Shown here: one piece after another, positions 13,801 through 25,800 of the stretch
Position numbering within the stretch: position 1 is the first letter of the stretch
How the letters are laid out: each line of letters opens with the position of its first letter
Origin: Phoronis australis
Taxonomy: Eukaryota > Animalia > Phoronida
Length of the DNA: 64,000 bases
Assembly (NCBI GenBank): GCA_002633005.1
Contig: NMRA01000427.1
Location: 1 to 64,000 of the forward strand
Reading direction: 5' to 3'
The notes under the pieces: model-generated
Told to the model about the DNA's origin: nothing
What the model saw: the letters and a program-made list of their open reading frames with translations, nothing else
Database searches by the model: none
Translations under genes and position numbers: made by a program

Positions 13801-16800
13801 GAAGCAAACTGGCATGACTCAGCTGAGAAATCTCATAACTTACAATTTTTCATTGGGCAACGAGGTATACATACGATGCGCCTGTTGATACTAATCAGAT
13901 TACATACCTGGGAGTCCGATTATTTAAGCTTTGAAAGGTACAGTTGTATACTTAACGAATAAAATCTTTTTCATGTGCATGTTATTACAAGTGACTTCCG
14001 TGTGTACCGTGGAATTGTATACAATCCTTAAAATTGTTAACTTGTTAGGAGTGTCTCCGCGTCTATTGGTTAGGACTGTGAGTTCTCCCTCAGGCATCAA
14101 GGGTTCGAAACTGGGTGTCCAAAAATTTTGAGTAACAAAATTGCGTTCAAGAAATGAATAAGAAACAGCCAAGTTGAGCCTACTCCGAATTTCATCTCCA
14201 CCAAATAATTGTGGACGAGTAGAAAATCCATCTATAATTAATAGACACAAAATATGCTTCGTATAGACCGGAAAAAAAATTGAAATAACTAATCGTTTAT
14301 GTTTGGCTATTCGGAACTCGAGAGTGGGAGTGCAGCCACACATAATTTTGAATGTATCATGTTTTTGCAGAATATTTTCGGATTATATGTGAATACGCCA
14401 CTCTGCACCTTGCATGCAAGAATTCAAAAGAAGTATTGTCAATAACCTCGGCAATGTACGGTCGGAAAGACAACCAACTCTTCTACGAGTTGTGAGTCAT
14501 CGCGTTCCTTATCTGTTGTGAGCAAAATGTGTGATGGAAGGCAAATGTGTCGGGTACATGCGTCGAACACAGTCTTTGGGGATCCTTGTGAATACACTTA
14601 CAAATATCTGGCTGTTACGTATCAATGTGTGTCAAGTAAGTTAATCTTTCATTGCTTCCAGGCTCTCAGAATGTTGGATACGTTTGTGATGGATCCAGTA
14701 CGCTTGTCTTGCTTTCGCCAAAAATTGCGTTAAGAAAAATTCTTAATCGGCGTGGTCAGACGAGATTACTACGACATCTAAGCATATGCTACAGTTGCGG
14801 GTGCATTGAAATAGTGCTAAGAGAATTGTTAGTTGGTGTCGTCACATGTCATTGAGATGACCACGCCATTTTGATATACGCTACAGCTGCAAATGCATGC
14901 TGGGTAATTTATTTAGAAAACCAGCATAAGTGTACATTATCTTACTTTGATCCTGCCGAATTATCTTCAGTGATTTCAGCACTATTTCCGACGAGAAAAA
15001 TAAAACATTACTTGTACACCAAAAGCCATGCCAAGCTATCATTTTTGGCAATATAACTAGTTTTCACGTGCTTTACTTCCTCCTTCTGTAGATTGTCTCT
15101 TGGGTCGAACTTTTTTAAGCAGACTCGCGAATTGTCTACAAAATGTTGGTAACTGACTTTTAGGGAAGCCGACTCGTGGACAAAGCGACTTCGCCACCTG
15201 GTGACTGTATGCTGAGTGTTTGGTTGAAATCCGTATCGTAATTATGTAAATGCTATGCGTTATTAGAACCATGCACCTTTTCATGACATCAACCATTACT
15301 ATTGAATTGTGGAAGGGCAGAAAACATCATACACCTTACAAGATCAGAATTGAACAAATGAATTCCGAGTTTACCTTGGGAAAAGTTAGGAAACGAGGGT
15401 GCGTCATTACCCAATAAATGGACAATATTCAGATCTGGCTCAATAATTATGTTACCTTCTCATTTGAGTAATGAACAAGTTGAGATCTATTGTATAGCGA
15501 TAAATGGTGTACATGTGTTTCAAAAAAATTCACAAAGAAACCAATCATTGCCACTTCAAGAGGAATCAACACAGTTTGCTATGAACGTAAAGCAGTCGTT
15601 ACTTTATAACAATGTCTAATCTTTGAAAGTTTTAAAAATTACAGTATTTGCGTTTGGAGACAGCTTGTTGTGTATTTTAGGAAGTTTGAATTTTGGATTG
15701 AGATTTCGTTATTATGGCGTTAAATATTAGCGATCGGCATCAAACTGCATATTGACGTCACACTAAATAATAGGCTTACTAAGTGTAGCTATTTGGTGTG
15801 ACTTACACGTAAGTGATATGGAAAATTTGAATCTTATAAAAAAACATTTCTTTTCTAGATTATTCACAACGCTTTATTCACAGTGCAAGTAACAAAACAC
15901 CATAATCACCACCAAGTAAAATACAATAGAGTAATCTTGATCTTGAATTTGGCTAGGTTCGGGAGTTCAAACGGTACACTTACATGTATGTGCTGGCCGA
16001 TATTTTGTAAGCGCCGCAGGCCCAAATTGTCTGGCCTGCACTGTTCACTTATGTGACGCTGTTTCACCTATTAAGCAGCTAATTTAAGTTAGTGAGTGGC
16101 CGCCTAGTTTTCTATAATTTTAAGCCTAGACAATTGTTTGCTGCTTTAAATTGATCGACTAAATGCTTGACCATAAGCTTGAGATATAACGAATTTAATG
16201 AAAGCGTTTGAGCACAAGGCAGTGCTTATTCCGCCAACACACGCAGTCAAAAAGCCGTAGCACTCATGCGTGCTAGCTTTGTTCGTGGTTTGCTCGAGCA
16301 ACGACAAAGGGGCTATTCGGAAAATTTACATTCACTAGAGGGTGCGCGTGTACTAGTGGTGATGGAATAACAGTCTCGATTTCGCGAGCCCTTATTGGTG
16401 AAATGGCTTGAAGCCGTACCAACTGAATACGATATTGCGTGAAAAGGGTGCTTCTATGAAAGGAAGTATGCACGACCTGATACAAAGGTAAGGTTTGTGA
16501 TTGTTTTAACAATTATTCCATGTTTATTCTACTGATGCCTGTTAACTGAGGTACTTATTCCGGTCCTTAGCGGGAGATTGGCATAGGGTGTTGGGGTTGT
16601 AAAATTTGGTGCAATTGAATGTGTGGAAATAACAGGTAAAAGTGTCTTTGAGAAATAGCATGGTGAGGCAATTCCTAACCTTCATGAAGTTGCATCAAGT
16701 CCATTTCATAAAACTGTTGTGCTATCAATTGTAAACTCATAAAAATTCATTACATTTTCTTAATTCTCAGTGACTGCCATAGTCTTAACACATGCTTTGA

Positions 16801-19800
16801 AATGTTGCAAGTCGTTTATACGTACAAAAGAATACCATTTTTGGGGGAAATTGCATTTTGATGGTGCCGTACGATTTGCAATTAATTTTAAACAACAGAA
16901 ATTAGGTTATCCATCATTTTTAAATGACCTAAGTCTTCATATCTCGGCTTCTATTAGAAAAAAATAAAAAGTCTGAGAAACGGTTCCCTCAGCCTTAAAC
17001 TAGAAGAATGCTTGACTGACCCATGAATCTGTAATCGAATCTTAATATTGCTGAAAATATCAAAAATAGAAACGCTTGGAAATGGGTAACAAAGGTTTGA
17101 AGTTGTCTCAAATAACTTGCATATTTTGGAGACAAGTGATGCGTTTAAAGAATTGTTATGGCTACAAATGAAAAATAATGACGCAGTTTTATACAATAAT
17201 TATTATATACACCCTTGGTTTCTGAAAATAGTAATTATTTAATTTTGTGTGAAATTGTAGAGCAGTCCCCATATCATATTTTTGAAAAACAGGGCTAGCA
17301 TTTTAGACCGAGTCTGGAGTACTTAATTATTCATATTAATTCAATATTTGTTCCATGTTCATTGATATTTTAAGACCACTTCAAGTCGCAACATAGATAA
17401 GCTTTGTTACTCCTTTTCTTTCCCACAGCATTTCTACACACCAGCAGTGATGCATTGCACAATATAAAAGTCAGCGTCCCTGGAGAAATGTGAATCGCAC
17501 TAGGAAGTTACCATAAGACAACGCGCCAGTGGATTGTATGTGTATGAAACAGACAGCGACGCATGCGCAATTCAATCACCTCAGCAGCGACACCGCGAGG
17601 AGAATTCTCCAAATAGCCCCATTGAATAAGCCAAATTTCTTAACTTTTGTCCTTGAGTCCTGTGGCTGCACATATTGATGGGGACATCATCTAGGGCAAA
17701 ACACACTTGATAGCCGCCGTCTTGATCAGTCTCTGGGTGTCGAACTTAGATTCTTGGTATCTTACTTCACCAATCAAACTATACATGAAGCGCAGCTTTG
17801 ACAAGCATATTCGTGTTTCAACAAAATTGACAGTCTCCTGCTGAAAAACACTACATTGTTTTTCAACTGGTTCCATAGTACAACTCCCTGTTGCTTGATG
17901 GAGTTTGTCCCATAAGTTGTCGTCTTGGGCCTTGTAACCGTCAATACAAGTAGATTAACGTGAAGCTCTCGCCCACTTGATATACTGTGAGGAAATGTTT
18001 GGTAATGAGGTCCAACGGCAGTGCTGTGATGCTGACTTATTTTGTTGCACATGTAAATATACTTTGTTTTCTTATGCTTCATTGTGGTACGTAACACTAA
18101 AGGATAAAAAAGATCAATAGTGCACATGTAATGCTGTGCTTCCATGGATCACATGAAAACTTGGCGCATTTAATGTTGTCAACTTCCTTAAAACTTGCAC
18201 TTTAGATACTTCCTGGAGACACCAAACTATACAGGAAACCCCTCCCCGTCGAGGCCAAAATGTTCACTATCAGCCGATTTCATCAAGAAAGTTAAACCAG
18301 GTTTAAATTGGATTCAGACGGCGTTTAAAAAACCGTACTTCAAGAAGGTACCTTACCTGCTTTTACTCCCGTTTAGACCTGGTCTACATGTAAGTCATTT
18401 CACCAGCGAGGTCTATATTAATGAGACCTGTATTAGATCTTAATTCATGTTAAACTTGATGTTAAATATGACAGAAATGCACAATATATGTGTGCTGAAC
18501 CGTGGACCTGAATGATGCCGCGGTTTGCATCACCGACGCAAATTTAGAGCGATAGTGGAGTATTTTCGTTCAGTTTTACGACAACACGAGGTCAAATGTA
18601 CATGTAGACCATTACGTGTTGCAGGGTGTCCTTCGATTTCCTCAGACTACTAGGGCATCATCGTCGTAAGCACTACAGGAGGGAATGGTGACAGCATCCA
18701 CCTCCATTGGTCCCATATTCAGGTTGCCGGGCTGAAGTCCCCCACTTTTTGGCCACAAAAATAAACAGCGAAAATTACACGGACATAAAGTTGGGCTTTT
18801 ATTTGGTATGTTTCGCATAATCGTAAAAATGCAATTTGATGCGGCTGTGTACTTTTGTTGGGCACAGGTATTACAAAATAAAAAAGTCCCCTTTTGATTT
18901 CTTTGATCTGCCATGGGCTCCCTCAACATTTTTCTTTGGAATTTCGCACAGACGAAATTTTCTCCCACGCCGCCATTTTTTGAGTGATGCTCTTTAAATA
19001 TTTGTCGCTGCTCTTTCCCCAACCATTACTTGATAAGACCCATGTCGCGACCAAAATGGCCGATAAGAGGTGTTGTTGCAGTTAAATTATCCCTTATAAA
19101 TGTGATGATGTATTCAACCTGACTGCGAATATCTTTTGGTCGAGTTTCAATGAGATGATTACACCCAATAGTTTTGCACAGTTAAGCGTAACCCCCTGCG
19201 CTACTCCACACAAATTTTGCGCCAGCCGGGTTGAGTGGGTATAGGAATTTCTGGTTGCGTATAAAGGACACCAGTGGCATTTGCTCGAATCTGAGTATGT
19301 TCATGTTGCAAGCAGGATTGTGAAATTAACCACAAATATCAGCTTTTATTTGATTATTTAAAAATATTCAAAAGAAAAAATTCAAGAACTCAAACGATAC
19401 GGGAAAGCATTGAAAAAAATGCTTATGAAGCCATAGAAAAGTGGTCTTCAAGTTATTCAGACTGTATCCTTTATACGGCGGCCTATTCTATTGTATTTTT
19501 GAATACATTAATTTTTCGTTAATTGGGCCGAATGTCTTGATAATCTTGTGTTTTGTACGAATTTTTGTATTTTGTGATGAATTTGGAGTCTTATTTCCTT
19601 CCTCTGGAGAACAATTGAAAATGCCGGATCTACAGAGGGGCAAAGGGGCAAGTACCCCGTCCGACAGAGGGCCAATGAAAAAGAAAGGCTAAATATAACA
19701 CGGTTTTTTCGGACTCGCTGCTGGACGCACTCGGTCTATTTCGTTATATGTGACGTAATTAGCGGCCGTAACGACAAAAATCGTCTTTCATTTCCTTTTT

Positions 19801-22800
19801 GTTTGGATGAATCCATCACCAACCAACTCCCAACACAACCCCACCCCGTCCACACAATCAGTTTAAAACACCTTAACTCTAACTAATAGTTTAAATAAGG
19901 CTCTAACTCATTTCTTTTACCTTCCCACAACCAATCGGATTTAAAAACTTCTGGCATACAGTGTACACCTAATTAAAACGGTGCTTACCTTTTATTTGTA
20001 CGGTCTAATATTAGTTTTACGCCACTAGAAAGCGAATTATTGACAATGCGATATATTATCATTTTATTGGCACGATTTTTGTCTAGGAAGCAATTGCATT
20101 GACGATTAATCAAGACTGAAAATAAATAGCGAATTAGTTTTATTCAATAACTGAATGTTAAAGACCATTGACTGACAGGATCATTGTTTTAGAACCGCCC
20201 GATCCCTGTTACTCTCACCCTTGCTTAAATGATGGAACATGTATCCTACGTGGAGGAGCGGACTTTACCTGCAGCTGTCACCCCGAGTATTCCGGCAATT
20301 ATTGTGGAAATGGTATGTACACTGTACTATTAGGCTATGTGCAAATAATTTCGTAGTCATACTGTGGTTAACACTGTGACATTGGATCACATTGATTAAC
20401 AGACTGTCCCAACATTCGGACATTTAAATTAACTAGAATATAGAACAAAATCAGACTGATAATTGTTAAAGCAGTTACAACCTCACCTCATTTTCGTCAC
20501 AAAAACAACCTTTGGTTCAGATAACTTACCATTCAAGTTGGTATTAAATGTTTCCTTACTCAAACTGGAGGTGCTTTCATACCAGGCACCTCAAATTGGT
20601 TGTCGTGCACCGAGAACTGAATGATAAAGAATTACCAACTGTAAGCAAATTTCAAAATCACCTCTCGCCTGAGTTAAGAGCGGCGTGATGAGCAGTTTCA
20701 ATCGAAAGTTCGCATCATGGAGTCATGGAAGAAACAGTGTGTTATAGACCCTAAAATTTTGACCTATTCTGAAGACACAGCGATGCGCTTTTTCAATATC
20801 TCATTCTTTCGATTAGTAAATCCTCTCTCTACGTTACTATTATAGTCGATTTCATAAAGTAAGTTTAAAGTTAAACCTGGTTTAAATTGAACTTAGACAG
20901 TGTTTAAAAAAATCCGTTCTTCATGAAGGTAGCTTACCTGCTTTTACCCCCTTTTAGACCTGGTCTAAGTCAGTTTTCCTTTCACCAGCGAGGTCTTTAT
21001 TACTGAGACCTGTATTAGATCTTAATTCATGTTGAACTTGGTGGGACCCAAGATTAATATTGCTAAATATGGCAGAAATGCACGATATATGTGTGCTGAA
21101 CCTTGGACCTGAATGATGCCGAGGTTTGCCTCACCGACGCAATTTTAGAGCGAGAATGGAGTATTTTCGTCCAGTTTTACGATATCACGAGGTCAAATGT
21201 ACATTTAGACGAGTACATGTACGTGTTGCAGGGTGCCCTTCGGACTCCTCAGACTACGACTGACCGAGTAGGGCTTCATCGTCGTAAGCTTTACGGGAGG
21301 GAATGATGAGAGTATCCACCTCCATTGGTCTCATATTCAGGTTACCGGGCCGAAGTCCTCCACTTTTTGGCCGCAAAAATATACCGAAAAAATGACACGG
21401 ACATAAATTTGGGCTTTTATTTAGTATGTGGCGTCTAATCTTAAAAATGCGATTTAATGCGACTGTGCACTGTTGTTGGGCACAGGTATTACAAAATAAA
21501 AAAATACCTTTTATATTTCTTTGAACTGCCATTGGCTCCCTCAACACTGATTTTTCTTTGCAATTTTACACCGACGAAATTTTCTCTCACGCCACCGTTT
21601 TTGAGTGATGCCTTTAAACATTTGTCGCCGCTCTTTCCCCAAGCATTACTTGATAATACCCATGTCGCGACCATGATAGCCGATAAGAGGTGTTGCTGCA
21701 GTTAAATCATCCCTTATAAATGTGATGATGTATTCAACCTGACTGCGAATATCTTTGGGTTGAGTTTCCATGAGATGATTACAACCGAATGTTTTGTCAC
21801 AGTTAAACTAACCCCCTGCCCTACTCCACACAAATTTGGCGCCAGCCGGGTTGAGTGGGTATAGGAATTTCTGGTTGCGTATAAAGGACACCAGTGGCAT
21901 TTGTTCGAATCTGAGTATGTTCATGTTGCAAGCAGGATTGTGAAATTAACCACGAAAATCAGCTTTTATTTGATTATTTAAAGATCTTCAAAAGAAACAC
22001 TTCAAGAATTCAAATGATACAGGAAAGCATTGAAAAAAAAATGGTTATGAAGCCATAGAAATTTGGTCTTGAAGTTCTTCAGACTGTACCCTTTATACGG
22101 CGGCCGATTCCATTGTGATTTTGAATACATTAATTTTTCGTTAATTGGGCCGAATGTCTTGATAATGTTGTGCTTTGTACGATTTTTTGTATTTTGTGAT
22201 GGATCTGGAGTCTTATTTCCTTCCTCTCGTAAACAGTTGACCATGCCGGATCTACAGAGAGGCAAAGGGCCAATTACCCGGTCCGAAAGAGGGCCAATGA
22301 AAAAGAAAGGCTAAATATTATCATTGGTTCGTCGGACTCGCTGCTGGCTGCACTCGGTCTATTTCGTTATATGTGACGTAATTAGCGGCACAAGAATCGT
22401 CTTTTAAGCTTTCGTTTCCGTTGGGTTTGGATGAATTTATCACCAACCAACTACCAACACAACCCCACCCCGCCCACACAATCAGTTTAAAACACCTTAA
22501 CTCTAATTAATACATGTAGTTTAAATAAGGCTGTAACTTATTTCTATTACCTTCCCACAACCAATCGGAATTAAAACTGTTTGCATACACCTAATTAAAA
22601 CGGTGCTTACCTTTTATTTGTACGGTTTAATCTTAGTTTTCCGCCACCAGAAAGCGAATTATTGACAATGAGATATATTATCATTTTATTGGCACGATTT
22701 TGTCTAAGAAGCAATTGCATTGAGGATTTAATCAAGACTGAAAATAAATAGCGAATTAGTTTTATTCAATAACTGAATGTTAAAGACCATTGACTGACAG

Positions 22801-25800
22801 GGTCATTGTTTTAGAACTGCCCGATCCATGTTACTCTAACCCTTGCTTAAAGGATGGAATATGTATCCTACGTGGAGGGGCGGACTTTATCTGCAGCTGT
22901 CACCCCGGGTATTCCGGCAATTATTGTGAAAATGGTAAGTACTATTAGGCTATGTGCACACAATTTCGTAGTCATACTGTGGTTAACACTGTGACATTGG
23001 ATCACATTGATTAACCGATTGTCCCAACATTCGGACATTTAAATTAACTAGAATACTGTATAGAACAAAATCAGACTGATAATTGTTAAAGCAGTTACAA
23101 CCTCACCTGATTTTCGTCACAAAAACAACCTTTGGTTCAGATAACTTGCCATTGATGTTGGTATTAAATGAGTCCTTACTCAAACTGGAGGTGCTTTCAG
23201 ACCAGGCACCTCAAATTGGTTGTCGTGCACCGAGCACTGAATGATAAAGAATTACCAACTGTAAGCAAACTCCAAAATCACCTCTCGCCTGAGTTAAGAG
23301 CGGCGTGATGAGCAGTTTCAATCGAAAGTTCGCATCATGGAGTCATGGAAGAAACAGTGTGTTATAGACCCTAAAATTTTGACCTATTCTGAAGACTAAG
23401 ACACAGCGATGCGCTTTTTCAATATCTCATTCTTTCGATTAGTAAATCCTCTCTCTACGTTACTATTATAGTCGATTTCATAAAGTAAGTTTAAAGTTAA
23501 ACCTGGTTTAAATTGAACTTAGACAGTGTTTAAAAAAATCCGTTCTTCATGAAGGTAGCTTACCTGCTTTTACCCCCTTTTAGACCTGGTCTAAGTCAGT
23601 TTTCCTTTCACCAGCGAGGTCTATATTACTGAGACCTGTATTAGATCTTAATTCATGTTGAACTTGGTGGGACCCAAGTTTAATATTGCTTAATATGGCA
23701 GAAATGCACGATATATGTGTGCTGAACTGTGGACCTGAATGATGCCGCGGTTTGTCTCACCGACGCAATTTTAAAGCGAGAATGGAGTATTTTCGTTCAG
23801 TTTTACGACAACACGAGGTCAAATGTATGTATAGACGATGTACGTGTTGCGGGGTGTCTTTCGGATCAGACTACGACTGACCGAGTATGGCATCATCGTC
23901 GTAAGCTCTACGGGAGCGAATGATGACAGCATCCACCTCCATTGGTCGCATATTCAGGTTGCCGGGCCGAAGTCCCCCACTTTTTGGCCGCAAAAATAAA
24001 CAGCGAAAATGACACAGCTTTTTTTAGTATGTTGCGCCTAACCTTAAAAATGCGATTTAATGCCACTGTGTACTTCTGTTGGGCACAGGTATTACAAAAT
24101 AAAAAAGTCCCCTTTTGATCTCTTTGATCTGCCATTGGCTCCCTCAACATTTTTCTTTGCAATTTTACACAGACGAAATTTTCTCTCACGCCACCATTTT
24201 TTGAGTGATGCCCTTTAAATATGTGTCGCTGCTTTTTCCCCAAGCATTCCTTGATAAGACCCATGTCGCGACCAAGATGGCTTATAAGAGGTGTTGCTGA
24301 AGTTAAATCATCCCTCATGAATGTCATGATGTATTCAACTTGACTGCGAATATCATTGGGTCGAGTTTCAATGAGATAATTACACCCAATAGTTTTGCCA
24401 CAGTTAAACGTAACCCCATGCCCTACTCCACACAAATTTGGCGCCAGCCGGGTTGAGTGGGTATAGGAATTTCTTGTTGCGTATAAAGGGCACCAGTGGC
24501 ATTTGCTAGAATCTGAGTACGTTCGTGTTGCAAGCAGGATTGTGAAATTAACCACGAAAATCAGCTTTCATTTGATTATTTAAAGATCTTCAAAAGTAAC
24601 ACTTGAAGAATTCAAGTGATACGGGAAAGCATTGACAAAATCGTTATGAAGGCATAGAAAAGTGGTCTTCAAGTTCTTCAGACTGAATCCTTTATACGGC
24701 GGCCTATTCTATTGCGTTTTCGAATACATTAATGTTTCGTTAATTGTGCCGACTGTCTTGATAATGTTGTGTTTAGCGGCCGTAACGACAAAAATCGTCT
24801 TTCATTTCCTTTTTGTTTGGATGAATCCATCACCAACCAACTCCCAACACAACCCCACCCCGCCCACACAATCAGTTTAAAACACCTTAACTCTAATTAA
24901 TAGTTTAAATAAGGCTCTAACTTATTTCTTTTACCTTCCCACATCCAATCGGATTTAAAACTGCTTGCATACACCTAATTAAAACGGTGCTTACCTTTTT
25001 ATTTGGACGGTTTATTATTAGTTTTACACCACCAGAAAGCGAATTATTGACAATGCGATATACTATCATTTTATTGGCACGATTTTTGTCTAAGAAGCAA
25101 ATGCACTGACGATTAATCAAGAATGAAAATAAATAGCGAATTAGTTTTTTTTCAGTAACTGAATGTTAAAGACCATTGACTCACAGGATCATTGTTTTAG
25201 AACTGCCTGATCCCTGTCACTCTCACCCTTGCTTAAATAATGGAACATGTACCCTACGTGGAGGAGCGGACTTTACATGCAGCTGTCACCCCGGGTATTC
25301 CGGCAATTATTGTGAAAATGGTAAGTACTATTAGGCTATTTCCACACAATTTTGTCACAAAAACAACCTTTGGTTCAGATAACTTGCCATTTAAGTTGGT
25401 AAGACACAGCGAAGCGCTTTTTCAATATCTCATTCTTTCGTTTAGTAAATCTTGTCTCTACGTTACTATTATAGTCAAGTTTATGCCACGTGTGTTACAG
25501 TATATGTCCTCAAGTACCTAACTTGTTTGACTAGTTATATGTGGAAGGTTGGGTGAATATTGCAGTCATTTCTGTCTGGGCATCACGGGTCCGCTTCTAA
25601 ACCTCATAAACCCCTTGCAGGATCTTAATTAGGCTTAGCAGGTGTGTTCCAATGAGGGTGATGGGCGGATGACGACAAATTATCATAATTCGACTACCGT
25701 TGTACCACCTAGTGGGATATTTAACTATTTTACCATTGCCTCTGTATTTTAAAAATCCTTACAAGAGTTTTCATGCATTTCGGTTTCCATTAAGGGGGAT

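Larger units (their letters stand above)
18266..25476 (+). repeat. Tandem triplication of a 2.0-2.6 kb unit, each copy carrying one EGF exon
   Basis: Units at about 18266-20835, 20836-23461 and 23462-25464 are colinear and diverged by substitutions and indels. Unit 3 has internal deletions. Confidence 0.95.

Noticed and set aside
20249-20263. RGGAD in the EGF repeats as an integrin-binding RGD
   Set aside because: It is not an RGD tripeptide.
23908-24555. 215-aa minus-strand ORF in the triplicated unit
   Set aside because: It is broken in the other two copies and has no recognisable motif; likely chance or a very old repeat.
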